DNA of 64,000 nucleotides from Chlamydiota bacterium (GTDB lineage Bacteria; Chlamydiota; Chlamydiia; Chlamydiales; JAAKFQ01): NCBI GenBank assembly GCA_011064725.1, contig JAAKFQ010000002.1, positions 2,662 to 66,661 of the forward strand, read 5' to 3'. Shown piece by piece: positions 1 to 9,200 of this stretch (position 1 is its first letter; each line of letters starts with the position of its first letter). The notes under the pieces were generated by a model. It saw only the letters and a program-made list of their open reading frames with translations, ran no database searches and was not told where the DNA came from. The position numbers and the translations under genes were made by a program.

Positions 1-182
1 AAAAGGCTGAAAAATTAAATAGCTAATTTTCAATTGCATCCAAAGGGTATAAAAAATATTTTAAACAAATTCTTAACGATTTGTTTAATTAATCTTAATA
101 TAAGAGGGTTAAGTTTAATTACATGAAACTAAAATTGAGTTTATAGTTAATTTTTAATAATAAAGAGATAGGGAGAAAATAT

Positions 183-2210
183 ATGGCTGGAGTACAAAAA
201 AAAGTCAAAGATGCCGTGCTTTTGTTAAAATCTTTTGTGCAATCACCACAAAATCAAGCGCTTGCAAGAATTAAAACGCAATCCTATAAGGATTTTGAAA
301 CCTTATGTCAGGTAGATTTCAAAGCGCTTTCAAATGGCAAAGGACTAAGAGAAATTCGAAATACTTTCAAAGTGCTTTTAAATTATTTAAAAAAATACCA
401 CGAACAAGAAGAGGCTCAAGATCTTATGGTTCTAGTTGAAAGAGCCATTCATAAATTAGACGAATACCACACATTGACAGAGCACGAAATTGGAAAAGTG
501 GCCAATACCAATGAATATTCCAAACTCAAAGAATTCTATTATTCAAAGATATTAGCCCAAGAAGTAGAGATTGAGGAGAAAAAAGTAGGCATACATGATC
601 TTGAAACCGTACAAAAAGATCGTGATTATGATCTTTTTTACATCAAACAAGAGGGTGGAGGGCGTTTTTTTGATAAAAGTTTAATAAGAAAAATCCGCGC
701 TGCAAGTGATTATTCTCATTTGCAAATTGAAGATACGCTTTTAGATCCTGTGTTGAGTTATCAAGAAATCCATGATTTTGATGTGCAATCGATTGCAAGA
801 TTCATTTTTGATAAAAACTACCACAAAATCCAAGATTTTCTGCAACAGACTTTCGACTTTCGGGATACTGTGCTTTTTATGACAGCAAGAAAAGCACTTA
901 TGGCTCTCATGCTTGCAGGTTACGAGAAAAATTCTTTGATCAATGCACCCAAAAAAACGTGTATGACCTATTTTAGTGATTTTCAAACCTACTTACGAAA
1001 TGTCATCCAATCCTTGGATTTTATCCAATTGGTCAGTTTTGAAACAACAAAGACAGAACCACAACATGTTTTAGTCGATTGCATATTGAGTATTTGTGCC
1101 ACACTTTACACATCTGACCTGCCAGATCATTCTCACTTCAGTATTACAAAAGAACTCATTGATAGAGGCAAAAAGCGCAAAATGCCCAAAGATCAGCCTT
1201 TAGAAAAAACGCTGCTTTCCGATAAGTTGGAAGATCAAAACGATGAATTTTCGTTAGAATTAGAACACTATGTGCATGGTCCGATTTTAAAAGTGTGGGA
1301 TTTTTTACAAGATACGGAGCAGCACTACGTATTTGATGCGATAATGCAGGGCAATATTCCCTATACGTTGTTTGATTTGGAAATTGGAGGATTTTCAACA
1401 AGTTGTTTACGTCTGCCTTGTCCCACACAACAAGAATTTATCAATAAAGTCAAAATTATCGAAGAATTCAAAGATTTTATTCGGGGAATGCAGATTAAAG
1501 ACAAAACTTACAAGCATTTGCTCATCAATTTACAAGATCGTACTTCTTCTAAAGAATATCCTAGAAGTATTGCTTTAGAAACCTTTCAAAAAGAAGCGGA
1601 ATTTGCCAGACACATTTATGTTCTCACACTTCCCAAAAATACCGATTTTTATCAACAAAAAGGGATCTATCAAGAAATCGAAACAGCAAAAGAATTTATC
1701 TATGCACTAAAAATGCAAATTGAAAGTGGAGAAGAATGTGGGTTTTTCTTCCCAGAAATTTTAAAACCTAGTCTTTCTTCTCATTTCATTGAAAGGATGC
1801 TCAAAATATTGCATGAAGGTTTTTTTGAAGGTAAAAAGAAACTCACAGAAGATGAGAAAAAAGCCTTTATTGAATTGGCTTACCTCAGTATCCAACTCAA
1901 AGCCATCGAAGAGATCAAACCACAAACCTTTTCACTCACATGCAAAGATGCGATTGATGATGGGGGAGTTAGCAACGCTGTGCTCTACTGCTTTTTATTG
2001 TTTTTAAAACAAGAACAAATAGATGAGAGATTTTTGCATCGTTTATTGTTTGAAATTCCCATGATGCTTAGAGAAAGAGGCATGATTCAAGAAGATTTTC
2101 AGCGTTTTGACATAACTCTAAAAGCGATAGAAAAAAGCTTAAAGAAAACCACGCTTAAAGAATTGAACCAACTTTTTGAGCTTGATGTTTTGAAAATACG
2201 TATTATTTAG
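183..2210 (+). CDS. hypothetical protein, 675 aa, no recognisable domain
   Basis: Long uninterrupted ORF with an AT-rich leader. The protein is helical and Lys/Glu-rich. I recognise no catalytic or binding motif. Confidence 0.6.
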   Translation: MAGVQKKVKDAVLLLKSFVQSPQNQALARIKTQSYKDFETLCQVDFKALSNGKGLREIRNTFKVLLNYLKKYHEQEEAQDLMVLVERAIHKLDEYHTLTEHEIGKVANTNEYSKLKEFYYSKILAQEVEIEEKKVGIHDLETVQKDRDYDLFYIKQEGGGRFFDKSLIRKIRAASDYSHLQIEDTLLDPVLSYQEIHDFDVQSIARFIFDKNYHKIQDFLQQTFDFRDTVLFMTARKALMALMLAGYEKNSLINAPKKTCMTYFSDFQTYLRNVIQSLDFIQLVSFETTKTEPQHVLVDCILSICATLYTSDLPDHSHFSITKELIDRGKKRKMPKDQPLEKTLLSDKLEDQNDEFSLELEHYVHGPILKVWDFLQDTEQHYVFDAIMQGNIPYTLFDLEIGGFSTSCLRLPCPTQQEFINKVKIIEEFKDFIRGMQIKDKTYKHLLINLQDRTSSKEYPRSIALETFQKEAEFARHIYVLTLPKNTDFYQQKGIYQEIETAKEFIYALKMQIESGEECGFFFPEILKPSLSSHFIERMLKILHEGFFEGKKKLTEDEKKAFIELAYLSIQLKAIEEIKPQTFSLTCKDAIDDGGVSNAVLYCFLLFLKQEQIDERFLHRLLFEIPMMLRERGMIQEDFQRFDITLKAIEKSLKKTTLKELNQLFELDVLKIRII

Positions 2211-2980
2211 AAACCAAAAAGTTTTAGCAGATCGTTATGAATGTGCCCATTGGAACCGACAATAGATGGGCTTATAAGATGGTGCTCTTTGTTTTCAAGT
2301 GTCGTGATCATGCCTCCAGCTTCTTTGACAAGCAAGCTGCCAGCAGCCACGTCCCAGGGTTTTAAAAAAAGTTCCCAAAATGCATCCTGTCTTCCTGCTG
2401 CAACATAAGCAAGATCCAAAGCTGCGCTCCCAGCACGTCTAATAGCAAGCCCCTTGTTTAAAACAGCATTGGCATAACCAATATTTTTTTTGAAATCTTC
2501 AAGGCGAGGAGAAAATCCTGTGGAAATCAATATAGAATCTAGTTGTTTGACATTGGATACATGGAGTTGTTTTCCATTGAGATAAGCCCCCTGGTCCTCA
2601 ACGGCAAAAAAGAGTTCATCTAGATTAGAATCCAAAACCACACCTACAATCACTTTGCCCATGTGCTCTAAGGCAATGGATGTGCAGTAAAAAGGAAAGC
2701 CTCTTGAAAAATTCAGCGTCCCATCGAGAGGATCAATTACCCAACGATAGTCTGAGCGCTTCTCTTCTTCTCCTGTTTCTTCACCTAAAAATCCGTGTTT
2801 TGGAAAAGTTTCAAATAAAGATTTTTTTATCGCTTTTTCAGCTTCTTGGTCTGCTGTGGTCACGACATCGCAAATCGCTGATTTGCTAGAGGTTGTAAAT
2901 CCAATTTTAGAATAATATTGGTGGATCGATTTTGATAATTGTGCCGCTTTAATTGCAGCTTGTAAGAAGGCGTTATGCAT
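2207..2980 (-). CDS. suhB: inositol monophosphatase family protein (SuhB-like)
   Basis: IMPase signatures are present in the translation: FLGEETGE, WVIDPLDGTLNF and KPWDVAAG. The 257 aa length is typical. Confidence 0.85.
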   Translation of the reverse strand: MHNAFLQAAIKAAQLSKSIHQYYSKIGFTTSSKSAICDVVTTADQEAEKAIKKSLFETFPKHGFLGEETGEEEKRSDYRWVIDPLDGTLNFSRGFPFYCTSIALEHMGKVIVGVVLDSNLDELFFAVEDQGAYLNGKQLHVSNVKQLDSILISTGFSPRLEDFKKNIGYANAVLNKGLAIRRAGSAALDLAYVAAGRQDAFWELFLKPWDVAAGSLLVKEAGGMITTLENKEHHLISPSIVGSNGHIHNDLLKLFGF

Positions 2981-3043
2981 TGCAAATTAATGTTTTTTAT
3001 TAGATAATAACAAAGGCGGAAAAAAAATGCAAAGGTCTAAAAA

Positions 3044-3976
3044 GTGATAAGAAGAATTTTAATTTTTAGTATTTTTTTGTTTGGCTCAACGTTGACCCTG
3101 CTGCATTTTAAAAGAAAAAATGCAAAAGCAGCAGTAGAAATACAAACAAAAATTCAAAAGCCAGATGAAAAGACAAAGCAAGACCTCAAAACGCCTCTGC
3201 GCGTACGTTCATGTGATGATTTAAAGGGATTGCCTGTAGCTGATCGCATCAATGAATTATTCAATACAACAGGACAAAAATCTTCGCTTATAGATACAAT
3301 TCGCTATACGTTTAGAGTGGATTGGAAAGAGGACAAGAAGCCAGCGTGGCTTTCTGATTATGCCACATTTCATGAAACATCCAAGCATTTTATTGCTCGT
3401 TCACTCAATGGATCAAGAGATTATTTAAAACAAGATTTAAAACAAGGAGACCATTTCAATGTGCTCAAGAAAGAGGTCTCGTTTTACTTACTTGTGGATT
3501 TGTCACGATCACGTGTGTGGTTCTATGGGTTAGACCATCAAAATCAGCGTGCTATTCTTTTGAAAACCTATCTTGTAGGGCTTGGAAAATTAGATAGCAC
3601 AAAACCTTCAGGATCCTTGACGCCTGAGGGGACCTTCAACTTTCAAGAAAATGTGGCGACCTATCGCGTTGGAAGATTTGATAAATATAAGGATCTGGAT
3701 ACAGAAATGATTCGCGTGTTTGGAACCCGCTGGATTCCTATCAAAGAAAATGCAGACGATCATGGGAGATTGGGCTTACATGGAGCTCCATGGCGAGGAG
3801 AAGAACCAAAAGAAGAGCGCTCTTTAATTGGTCAATATGATTCTGATGGATGTTTACGTTTTTCCCAAGAAGATATTGAAGAAATTTATGCCATTTGCAT
3901 CTCAAAACCTACCACAGTGGAAATTGTCAAAGATTTTCATGAAGCTGTGTTTTTGGATAAGGGAGAGTGGAAATGA
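3044..3976 (+). CDS. L,D-transpeptidase (YkuD) domain protein with N-terminal membrane anchor
   Basis: The C-terminal LGLHGAPW...YDSDGCLRF fits the YkuD His / Ser-x-Gly-Cys-[ILV]-Arg catalytic motif. The N-terminal hydrophobic segment is ILIFSIFLFGSTLTLL. The start is a GTG and is uncertain. Confidence 0.7.
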   Translation: MIRRILIFSIFLFGSTLTLLHFKRKNAKAAVEIQTKIQKPDEKTKQDLKTPLRVRSCDDLKGLPVADRINELFNTTGQKSSLIDTIRYTFRVDWKEDKKPAWLSDYATFHETSKHFIARSLNGSRDYLKQDLKQGDHFNVLKKEVSFYLLVDLSRSRVWFYGLDHQNQRAILLKTYLVGLGKLDSTKPSGSLTPEGTFNFQENVATYRVGRFDKYKDLDTEMIRVFGTRWIPIKENADDHGRLGLHGAPWRGEEPKEERSLIGQYDSDGCLRFSQEDIEEIYAICISKPTTVEIVKDFHEAVFLDKGEWK

Positions 3977-4920
3977 CAAGAAAAACGATTTTACCCCACG
4001 AAATTGAAATCATGGAATATGAGCAAGCCATTGGGCAGATGCAAGAGCAAAAAGTATGGGATCCTGAAGATTTAAAACGCTTGCAAGATAAGCTCATTCT
4101 TTTGAGAAAAAAAGCCTATTCAAAACTCTCTGCTTGGGAACGTGTGCAGATTTCAAGGCATCCAAATCGTCCCAAAGCCAAAGATTACCTTGAGGCTCTT
4201 TTCACAGATTTTGTCGAACTTTTTGGAGATCGTACATTTGGAGATGATCATGCAATCATCACAGGTTTGGGTAAATTAAACGGGATCAAATGCGCGATTG
4301 TTGCGCAAGAAAAAGGAGAAGACACAGAGGCTCGAGTGTATCGTAATTTTGGCATGGCGCATCCAGAAGGATTTAGAAAAGCTAAACGTGTCATGCAGCT
4401 TGCCGAAAAGTTTGATCTTCCTATCATCACATTCATCGATACGCCAGGCGCCTATCCAGGACTTAGTGCAGAAGAGCGCGGCCAGGGGTGTGCTATCGCA
4501 GAAAATCTTTATGCGATGGCCAAATTGCAAGTGCCTATCATCTGCGTGATCATTGGAGAAGGCTGCTCGGGTGGTGCTTTGGCAATCGGCATGGGTAATT
4601 CTGTAGGCATGCTAGAAAATGCCTACTATTCGGTCATCTCTCCAGAAGGATGTGCATCCATTCTATACAAGGATGCCAATAAAAAAGATGTAGCGGCAAA
4701 AAAACTCAAGCTTCTTGCAGAAGATTTGATTCAATTTAATGTCATTGATGAGATTATCAAAGAGCCTATTGGTGGTGCGCATTTAGATGCCAAACTCACA
4801 TTTGAAAACACCAAAACGTTTCTTTTAGCTACAATCGAGAAATTCTCAAAACTTTCCAAAGAAGCGCTCGTTGAGCAGCGCTATCAAAAATACCGCAATA
4901 TTGGTGTGTATCAGTCTTGA
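3973..4920 (+). CDS. accA: acetyl-CoA carboxylase carboxyltransferase subunit alpha
   Basis: Full-length AccA-like sequence (SRHPNRP, FIDTPGAYPG, GEGCSGGALA). I moved the start to ATG 3973, just after GGGAGAG; the track start at 3967 is a GTG. Confidence 0.9.
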   Translation: MTRKTILPHEIEIMEYEQAIGQMQEQKVWDPEDLKRLQDKLILLRKKAYSKLSAWERVQISRHPNRPKAKDYLEALFTDFVELFGDRTFGDDHAIITGLGKLNGIKCAIVAQEKGEDTEARVYRNFGMAHPEGFRKAKRVMQLAEKFDLPIITFIDTPGAYPGLSAEERGQGCAIAENLYAMAKLQVPIICVIIGEGCSGGALAIGMGNSVGMLENAYYSVISPEGCASILYKDANKKDVAAKKLKLLAEDLIQFNVIDEIIKEPIGGAHLDAKLTFENTKTFLLATIEKFSKLSKEALVEQRYQKYRNIGVYQS

Positions 4921-4952
4921 TCTAATTGTAAGCGTTGGTTTAAGATACGCTT

Positions 4953-6728
4953 ATGATAGAGCTTTTGAAAGCAGCGCTGTTAAATAGAAAACATCTGCGT
5001 CTAGTTATTGTTTTATGCTTTTCTATGGTGGCTTTGAGTATCGCTTCTTCTTTAGAAATCGTGGCTCTTGGACTTTTGGCGAATACAAAAAGCTTTTTAG
5101 GGGGCCAAGCATCATCATCTAAGCTTTTAGCGAAACTCTCTTCTTTTTTAGACGCGCATTTGAACTTTGAAACCGATTTTCGTATGTTTGTGGTTTTTTT
5201 GGTCTGTATCTCTATTTTTAAAGCTCTAACACTATTTGTTTCGCGTTACTATTCGCAAATTATTGGAATCAAGGTCAGCATGGATTTAAGAGAGCGCTAT
5301 TTTAAACATATCCAAACGCTCTCAATGCCTTTTTTTCATAAGAATGAAATGGGAAGTTTAGCCAATAAAGCGGTTGCAGATGCTGGGCAAATTGCCAATT
5401 CTGTTAGCTCTCTTTTTACCAATTATTTACTCACGCCTTTTCAAGCAGTGACTACAATTTGTGGCTGTTTTTATATTTCTTGGAAGCTTTCTTTGATGAT
5501 TTTTATCTGTTTTCCTCTTTTGATGTTTCCAATCATTTTTTTTACCAAAAAAGTAAAAAAACACTCGCAAAGTTTATTTATTAACCAAGAAAAATTCACA
5601 GGGATTTTGCTCGATTTTTTACTCGGTATTCAAACCATCAAAGTGTATGCCAAAGAGATGTTTTCTTTTAAAAAATATAAGCAAAAAAACGATGAAGTGG
5701 CAAAATTTGAGTTTAAAGCTGCCAAATATGCCCAGATGCCACGGCCCGTGCTTCATATGATCACAAGTCTGTTTTTAGCAGGTATTATTATCATTGGACA
5801 CGTTTCCAATATCAATTTAGCAGAGATGATGGTTCTTGTGGGATTGTTGTATCTATTTTATGAACCAGTGAAGCGTTTTGCTGAAGAAAATGCCAATATT
5901 CAAAGGGGAGTTGTTGCCGCATCACGTATGCTGGATATTTTGAAAGAAAAACCTCACATCGAAGATCACGTGGATGCAAAGCCTATCAAAGAGTTTAAAA
6001 ATGCGATTGCTTTTCACGATGTCTGGTTTAAATACGAGGATGATTGGGTATTAAAGGGGATGAGTTTTGAAATTAAAAAAGGGCAAACCGTGGCTTTTTG
6101 TGGTAAAACAGGATGTGGAAAATCGACGCTGATTAATCTTCTTGTGCGCTTGTACGATCCTCAAAAAGGCTCCATTACCATCGATGGTCAAGATATAAAA
6201 ATGCTCACACAAACTTCCGTCAAAGATCTCTTTGCCTTTGTCTTGCAAAAGTCGTTTTTCTTTTTAGAAACCGTGGCTCAAAACATGGGTTTTGGTGCCG
6301 AGTATACTCTAGAAGAGCTACAAGAAGCGGCACGTCTCTCAGAGAGCTTAGAATTTATTGAAAAAATGCCTGCGGGTTTTGATGCCTTTTTACAAGAGGG
6401 CGGTAAAAACTTAAGTGGAGGTCAGCAACAGCGGCTTTCAATTGCAAGGGCTCTTTTAAAAAAAGCCCCTATTCTTGTTTTTGATGAAGCGACCTCTCAT
6501 TTGGACAATATTTCCGAGCAGAAGATCAAATCCTCGCTGAAAAATCTAAAAGGAAAACTAACGCAAATTATCATTGCGCATCGATTAACAACGATAGAAA
6601 ATTGCGACAAAATCATCTACGTAGAAGATGGAAAAATCATTCAAACAGGCACAAAAGATGAGCTTCTAGAATCCTGTCCTTCTTTTCACAGCATGTGGTA
6701 TGCAGCTGTGCAACAAGAAAAGGTCTAA
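4953..6728 (+). CDS. msbA: ABC transporter, fused permease/ATPase, MsbA-like lipid exporter
   Basis: N-terminal six-helix membrane domain followed by Walker A GKTGCGKST, signature LSGGQQQR and Walker B ILVFDEATS. Adjacency to accA matches the arrangement in Chlamydiaceae. Confidence 0.75.
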   Translation: MIELLKAALLNRKHLRLVIVLCFSMVALSIASSLEIVALGLLANTKSFLGGQASSSKLLAKLSSFLDAHLNFETDFRMFVVFLVCISIFKALTLFVSRYYSQIIGIKVSMDLRERYFKHIQTLSMPFFHKNEMGSLANKAVADAGQIANSVSSLFTNYLLTPFQAVTTICGCFYISWKLSLMIFICFPLLMFPIIFFTKKVKKHSQSLFINQEKFTGILLDFLLGIQTIKVYAKEMFSFKKYKQKNDEVAKFEFKAAKYAQMPRPVLHMITSLFLAGIIIIGHVSNINLAEMMVLVGLLYLFYEPVKRFAEENANIQRGVVAASRMLDILKEKPHIEDHVDAKPIKEFKNAIAFHDVWFKYEDDWVLKGMSFEIKKGQTVAFCGKTGCGKSTLINLLVRLYDPQKGSITIDGQDIKMLTQTSVKDLFAFVLQKSFFFLETVAQNMGFGAEYTLEELQEAARLSESLEFIEKMPAGFDAFLQEGGKNLSGGQQQRLSIARALLKKAPILVFDEATSHLDNISEQKIKSSLKNLKGKLTQIIIAHRLTTIENCDKIIYVEDGKIIQTGTKDELLESCPSFHSMWYAAVQQEKV

Positions 6729-7090
6729 CTTTCTTCTTTGCCGGTTTTTTTGTTTTGTGTGGGCTTCGTTAAATACAAAAGAATACATGATAAAATCATG
6801 CTTGCAACAAGCGTATTTTTAAAAGATGTTTTTTTGAGAAAAAAGGGTATTGTTGTTGTAAGAGCACCTGTTGCCACGTTGATTTTTCGCTTTACGTCCT
6901 CTTTCATCTGACGATTTTCTAAAATCAAAGCCATAATACAAAACCCACATCCTCCAACAAGTGCTGCAAGGGCAATGTGTGTCATTTTTAGATGCACAAC
7001 TTTTTTAGGCACAAAAAAACTTGTCCCTGTGGTCAACGAGGAAAAAGTCAATGCTGCAGAAGGAATATATGTAACGTTATAAAAACTCAT
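6725..7090 (-). CDS. small hypothetical membrane protein (121 aa)
   Basis: Contains 3-4 hydrophobic segments. The ORF fills the gap between msbA and the nucleosidase gene. No motif recognised. Confidence 0.4.
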   Translation of the reverse strand: MSFYNVTYIPSAALTFSSLTTGTSFFVPKKVVHLKMTHIALAALVGGCGFCIMALILENRQMKEDVKRKINVATGALTTTIPFFLKKTSFKNTLVASMILSCILLYLTKPTQNKKTGKEES

Positions 7091-7105
7091 CTTTCAAAAA
7101 GAAGT

Positions 7106-7699
7106 TTATCGCAGACTATTTTTTTTAGAAAGATTTTTTTTAAGAAATTCACAAAGGACTAACGAGACTTGTTCTAAGCGCTCTTTGATAACAGAGCCTT
7201 CATCAGAAAAATCCGAAATCACTTTCAGCATTTTGCAAGGAATGTCGTGTTTGTTGGCAAAATAGGCGATGCTGTAGCCTTCCATATCCACAAGATCGTA
7301 CTTTTTAGCGCGCTGTTTTAATTGAGAAGTTTTAATAGGATAGGTGGAAGTTGCCAAGTATTTTCCTTTTTCTTGAATGGGAAGAGGGGGTGTGTATTCT
7401 AGCGTGGTTTTTATTTCTTCATGGTGCAAATCATCGGGTAAAAAGAGAGAAACTTTTGAAACTTCTACAAGATCAAAAAGCTTTAAAGTATTGCAAAGCC
7501 CGCCCGCACATCCTAAATTTGTGATCGAGGAGCACTCGATTTGGTGTAAACGGAAAAGCGGTTCAAAGAGCCCCACTCCACAAATTAAAATGTTTCCAAT
7601 ATCAGATTGGTAAAGATGGTCACTTACAGGCTTAGCATTGAAAAATTCAAGCGTTTTTTTTGCTTCTCGAAATGTGGCAAAGACAAATAACTCAGACAT
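7106..7699 (-). CDS. PNP/MTAN-family nucleosidase, futalosine-pathway hydrolase (MqnB-like)
   Basis: PNP_UDP_1-like motifs (GVGLFE, GCAGG, DLVDMEGYSIA). About 197 aa when started at the internal ATG (MSELFVF), which overlaps the upstream gene by 8 nt. It lies next to an MqnA/D-family gene, as for the C. trachomatis futalosine nucleosidase. Confidence 0.7.
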   Translation of the reverse strand: MSELFVFATFREAKKTLEFFNAKPVSDHLYQSDIGNILICGVGLFEPLFRLHQIECSSITNLGCAGGLCNTLKLFDLVEVSKVSLFLPDDLHHEEIKTTLEYTPPLPIQEKGKYLATSTYPIKTSQLKQRAKKYDLVDMEGYSIAYFANKHDIPCKMLKVISDFSDEGSVIKERLEQVSLVLCEFLKKNLSKKNSLR

Positions 7700-8483
7700 A
7701 GGCACCAGAGTATAGCCAATTTTTATCAAAATGTCCAGTCTGCTCTAAGAGGCATTGGATAGCTAGGATGCCTGTTGGGGTAAGCTGCTGCGTATCTTCT
7801 GTGACATAGGTTTCAATGTGCTTTTTGACAATTTTTGGATCTTTTTCAATGGAGTGCTCGAGGACAAAATCCAACGTCTTTGCAGGATGTTTTTTGGCAT
7901 ATTGAAGTGACTCAAAAAGACTTTTTGTGATTTTTTCAAGATCTACAAGATTGCGTTTTGCCACAATGCCGCCGAGGGGCAAAGGAAGATGAAACTGTTG
8001 TTCCCAAAGTGCGCCCAAATCATAGCATTCAACAAGTCCAAGATTATCAAACGTAAAGCGTGTTTCGTGGATAATGACACCATAATCTACAGTACCATCT
8101 TGAATTTTTTGTGTGATTTCAAAGTAAGGACAAAACACCTTTTCTTTGCATGTAAAAAAAAGGTCAAATAAGAAATGGGCTGTTGTATCTTTTCCAGCAA
8201 AAGCGACGCATTTGTTTTCAAAAGAGGTGGCATGTGTTTTTCCAATGATTTTAGGGCCTATGCCATGACCTAGAGCACATCCGACGGGCAAAAGGATATA
8301 ATCGTCTAAAAGTTGACTAAACTGAAACATCGATATTTTTGCAATATCGAGTTCTTTTTTTTGCGCGCGTTGATTCAGTGTTTGTAAATCTTGAATGCTT
8401 ACATCAAACATAAGATCTGTAAAAAGGGCATAAAAGGCAAATGTATCATTGGGACAAGGAGAAATGCCGATAGAATAACTCAT
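7692..8483 (-). CDS. menaquinone biosynthesis (futalosine pathway) MqnA/MqnD family protein
   Basis: The N-terminal IGISPCPNDTFAFYAL motif is typical of the MqnA/MqnD (VitK2 biosynthesis) fold. I cannot separate MqnA from MqnD by eye. Confidence 0.75.
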   Translation of the reverse strand: MSYSIGISPCPNDTFAFYALFTDLMFDVSIQDLQTLNQRAQKKELDIAKISMFQFSQLLDDYILLPVGCALGHGIGPKIIGKTHATSFENKCVAFAGKDTTAHFLFDLFFTCKEKVFCPYFEITQKIQDGTVDYGVIIHETRFTFDNLGLVECYDLGALWEQQFHLPLPLGGIVAKRNLVDLEKITKSLFESLQYAKKHPAKTLDFVLEHSIEKDPKIVKKHIETYVTEDTQQLTPTGILAIQCLLEQTGHFDKNWLYSGAYV

Positions 8484-9199
8484 AAAAGACCGAGATGCTC
8501 TAAGCTTTCTTGCAATTCTTGATTTGTGGGTTTATCAAAGGCGCCACTTGTCTTAAGCCAGTTGACATAGTCTTTGGGAACCTGATGCAAGGGTTTTCCT
8601 TGATGTTTGCCAAAAGGCATGACTTGGAGTCGTCTTTTGGTGTTTAGAAGTTCATAAACTTTATGGATGGGTAGATCATCAATCATTTCTGAAAAGACTT
8701 TGTGTAAAATGATGACGTCATCTAAGGCTCTATGGGCATTGTTTTGTTCGATTTCGAAAACTTCTCTTAAAAATTGCAAGCTGTGTTTGGGAAGGTCTGG
8801 GCGATAGCGACGCGCCCATTTTAAGGTGTCGACAAAGAGCCAACTTTCAGGAACAGAAACACCAACACGTCTGAACTCTTCTTCTAAAAAGAGCTTATCA
8901 AATGCATCCATGTTGTGTGCGATAAGGGCCACATCGCCTGAACAAAAGTTTATAAACTCATGCACGACTTTTTCAAAAGTAGGAGCCTCTTTGACCATCT
9001 CATCGCTAATATGATGGATGGCTTGGGCTTCTTTGGGAATCGGACATTCTGGATTAATGAGGGTGGAAAAGCTCTGATTTGTAGTGGCGCAATAAGCTGC
9101 CATCTCAATGACGCGATCTTTGTTAAATTTTACGCCTGTTGTTTCAGTGTCAAAGTAAACAGCTCTATAGGTCATGTTTTTAGCTTGGCATCGATGCAA
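8480..9199 (-). CDS. DEDDh 3'-5' exonuclease (DnaQ/epsilon-like) fused to a DUF3820-like C-terminal domain
   Basis: Exo motifs YFDTETTG, IAHNMDAFD and HRALDDV. The C-terminal MPFGKHQGKPLHQVPKDYVNWL matches the DUF3820 pattern. Confidence 0.8.
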   Translation of the reverse strand: MHRCQAKNMTYRAVYFDTETTGVKFNKDRVIEMAAYCATTNQSFSTLINPECPIPKEAQAIHHISDEMVKEAPTFEKVVHEFINFCSGDVALIAHNMDAFDKLFLEEEFRRVGVSVPESWLFVDTLKWARRYRPDLPKHSLQFLREVFEIEQNNAHRALDDVIILHKVFSEMIDDLPIHKVYELLNTKRRLQVMPFGKHQGKPLHQVPKDYVNWLKTSGAFDKPTNQELQESLEHLGLL

Positions 9200-9200
9200 T

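Noticed and set aside
2980-3008. TTGCAA-17 nt-GATAAT promoter-like hexamers upstream of the L,D-transpeptidase gene
   Set aside because: The match is plausible, but such hexamer pairs arise frequently by chance in this AT-rich DNA. With no supporting conservation it is not reported as a feature.
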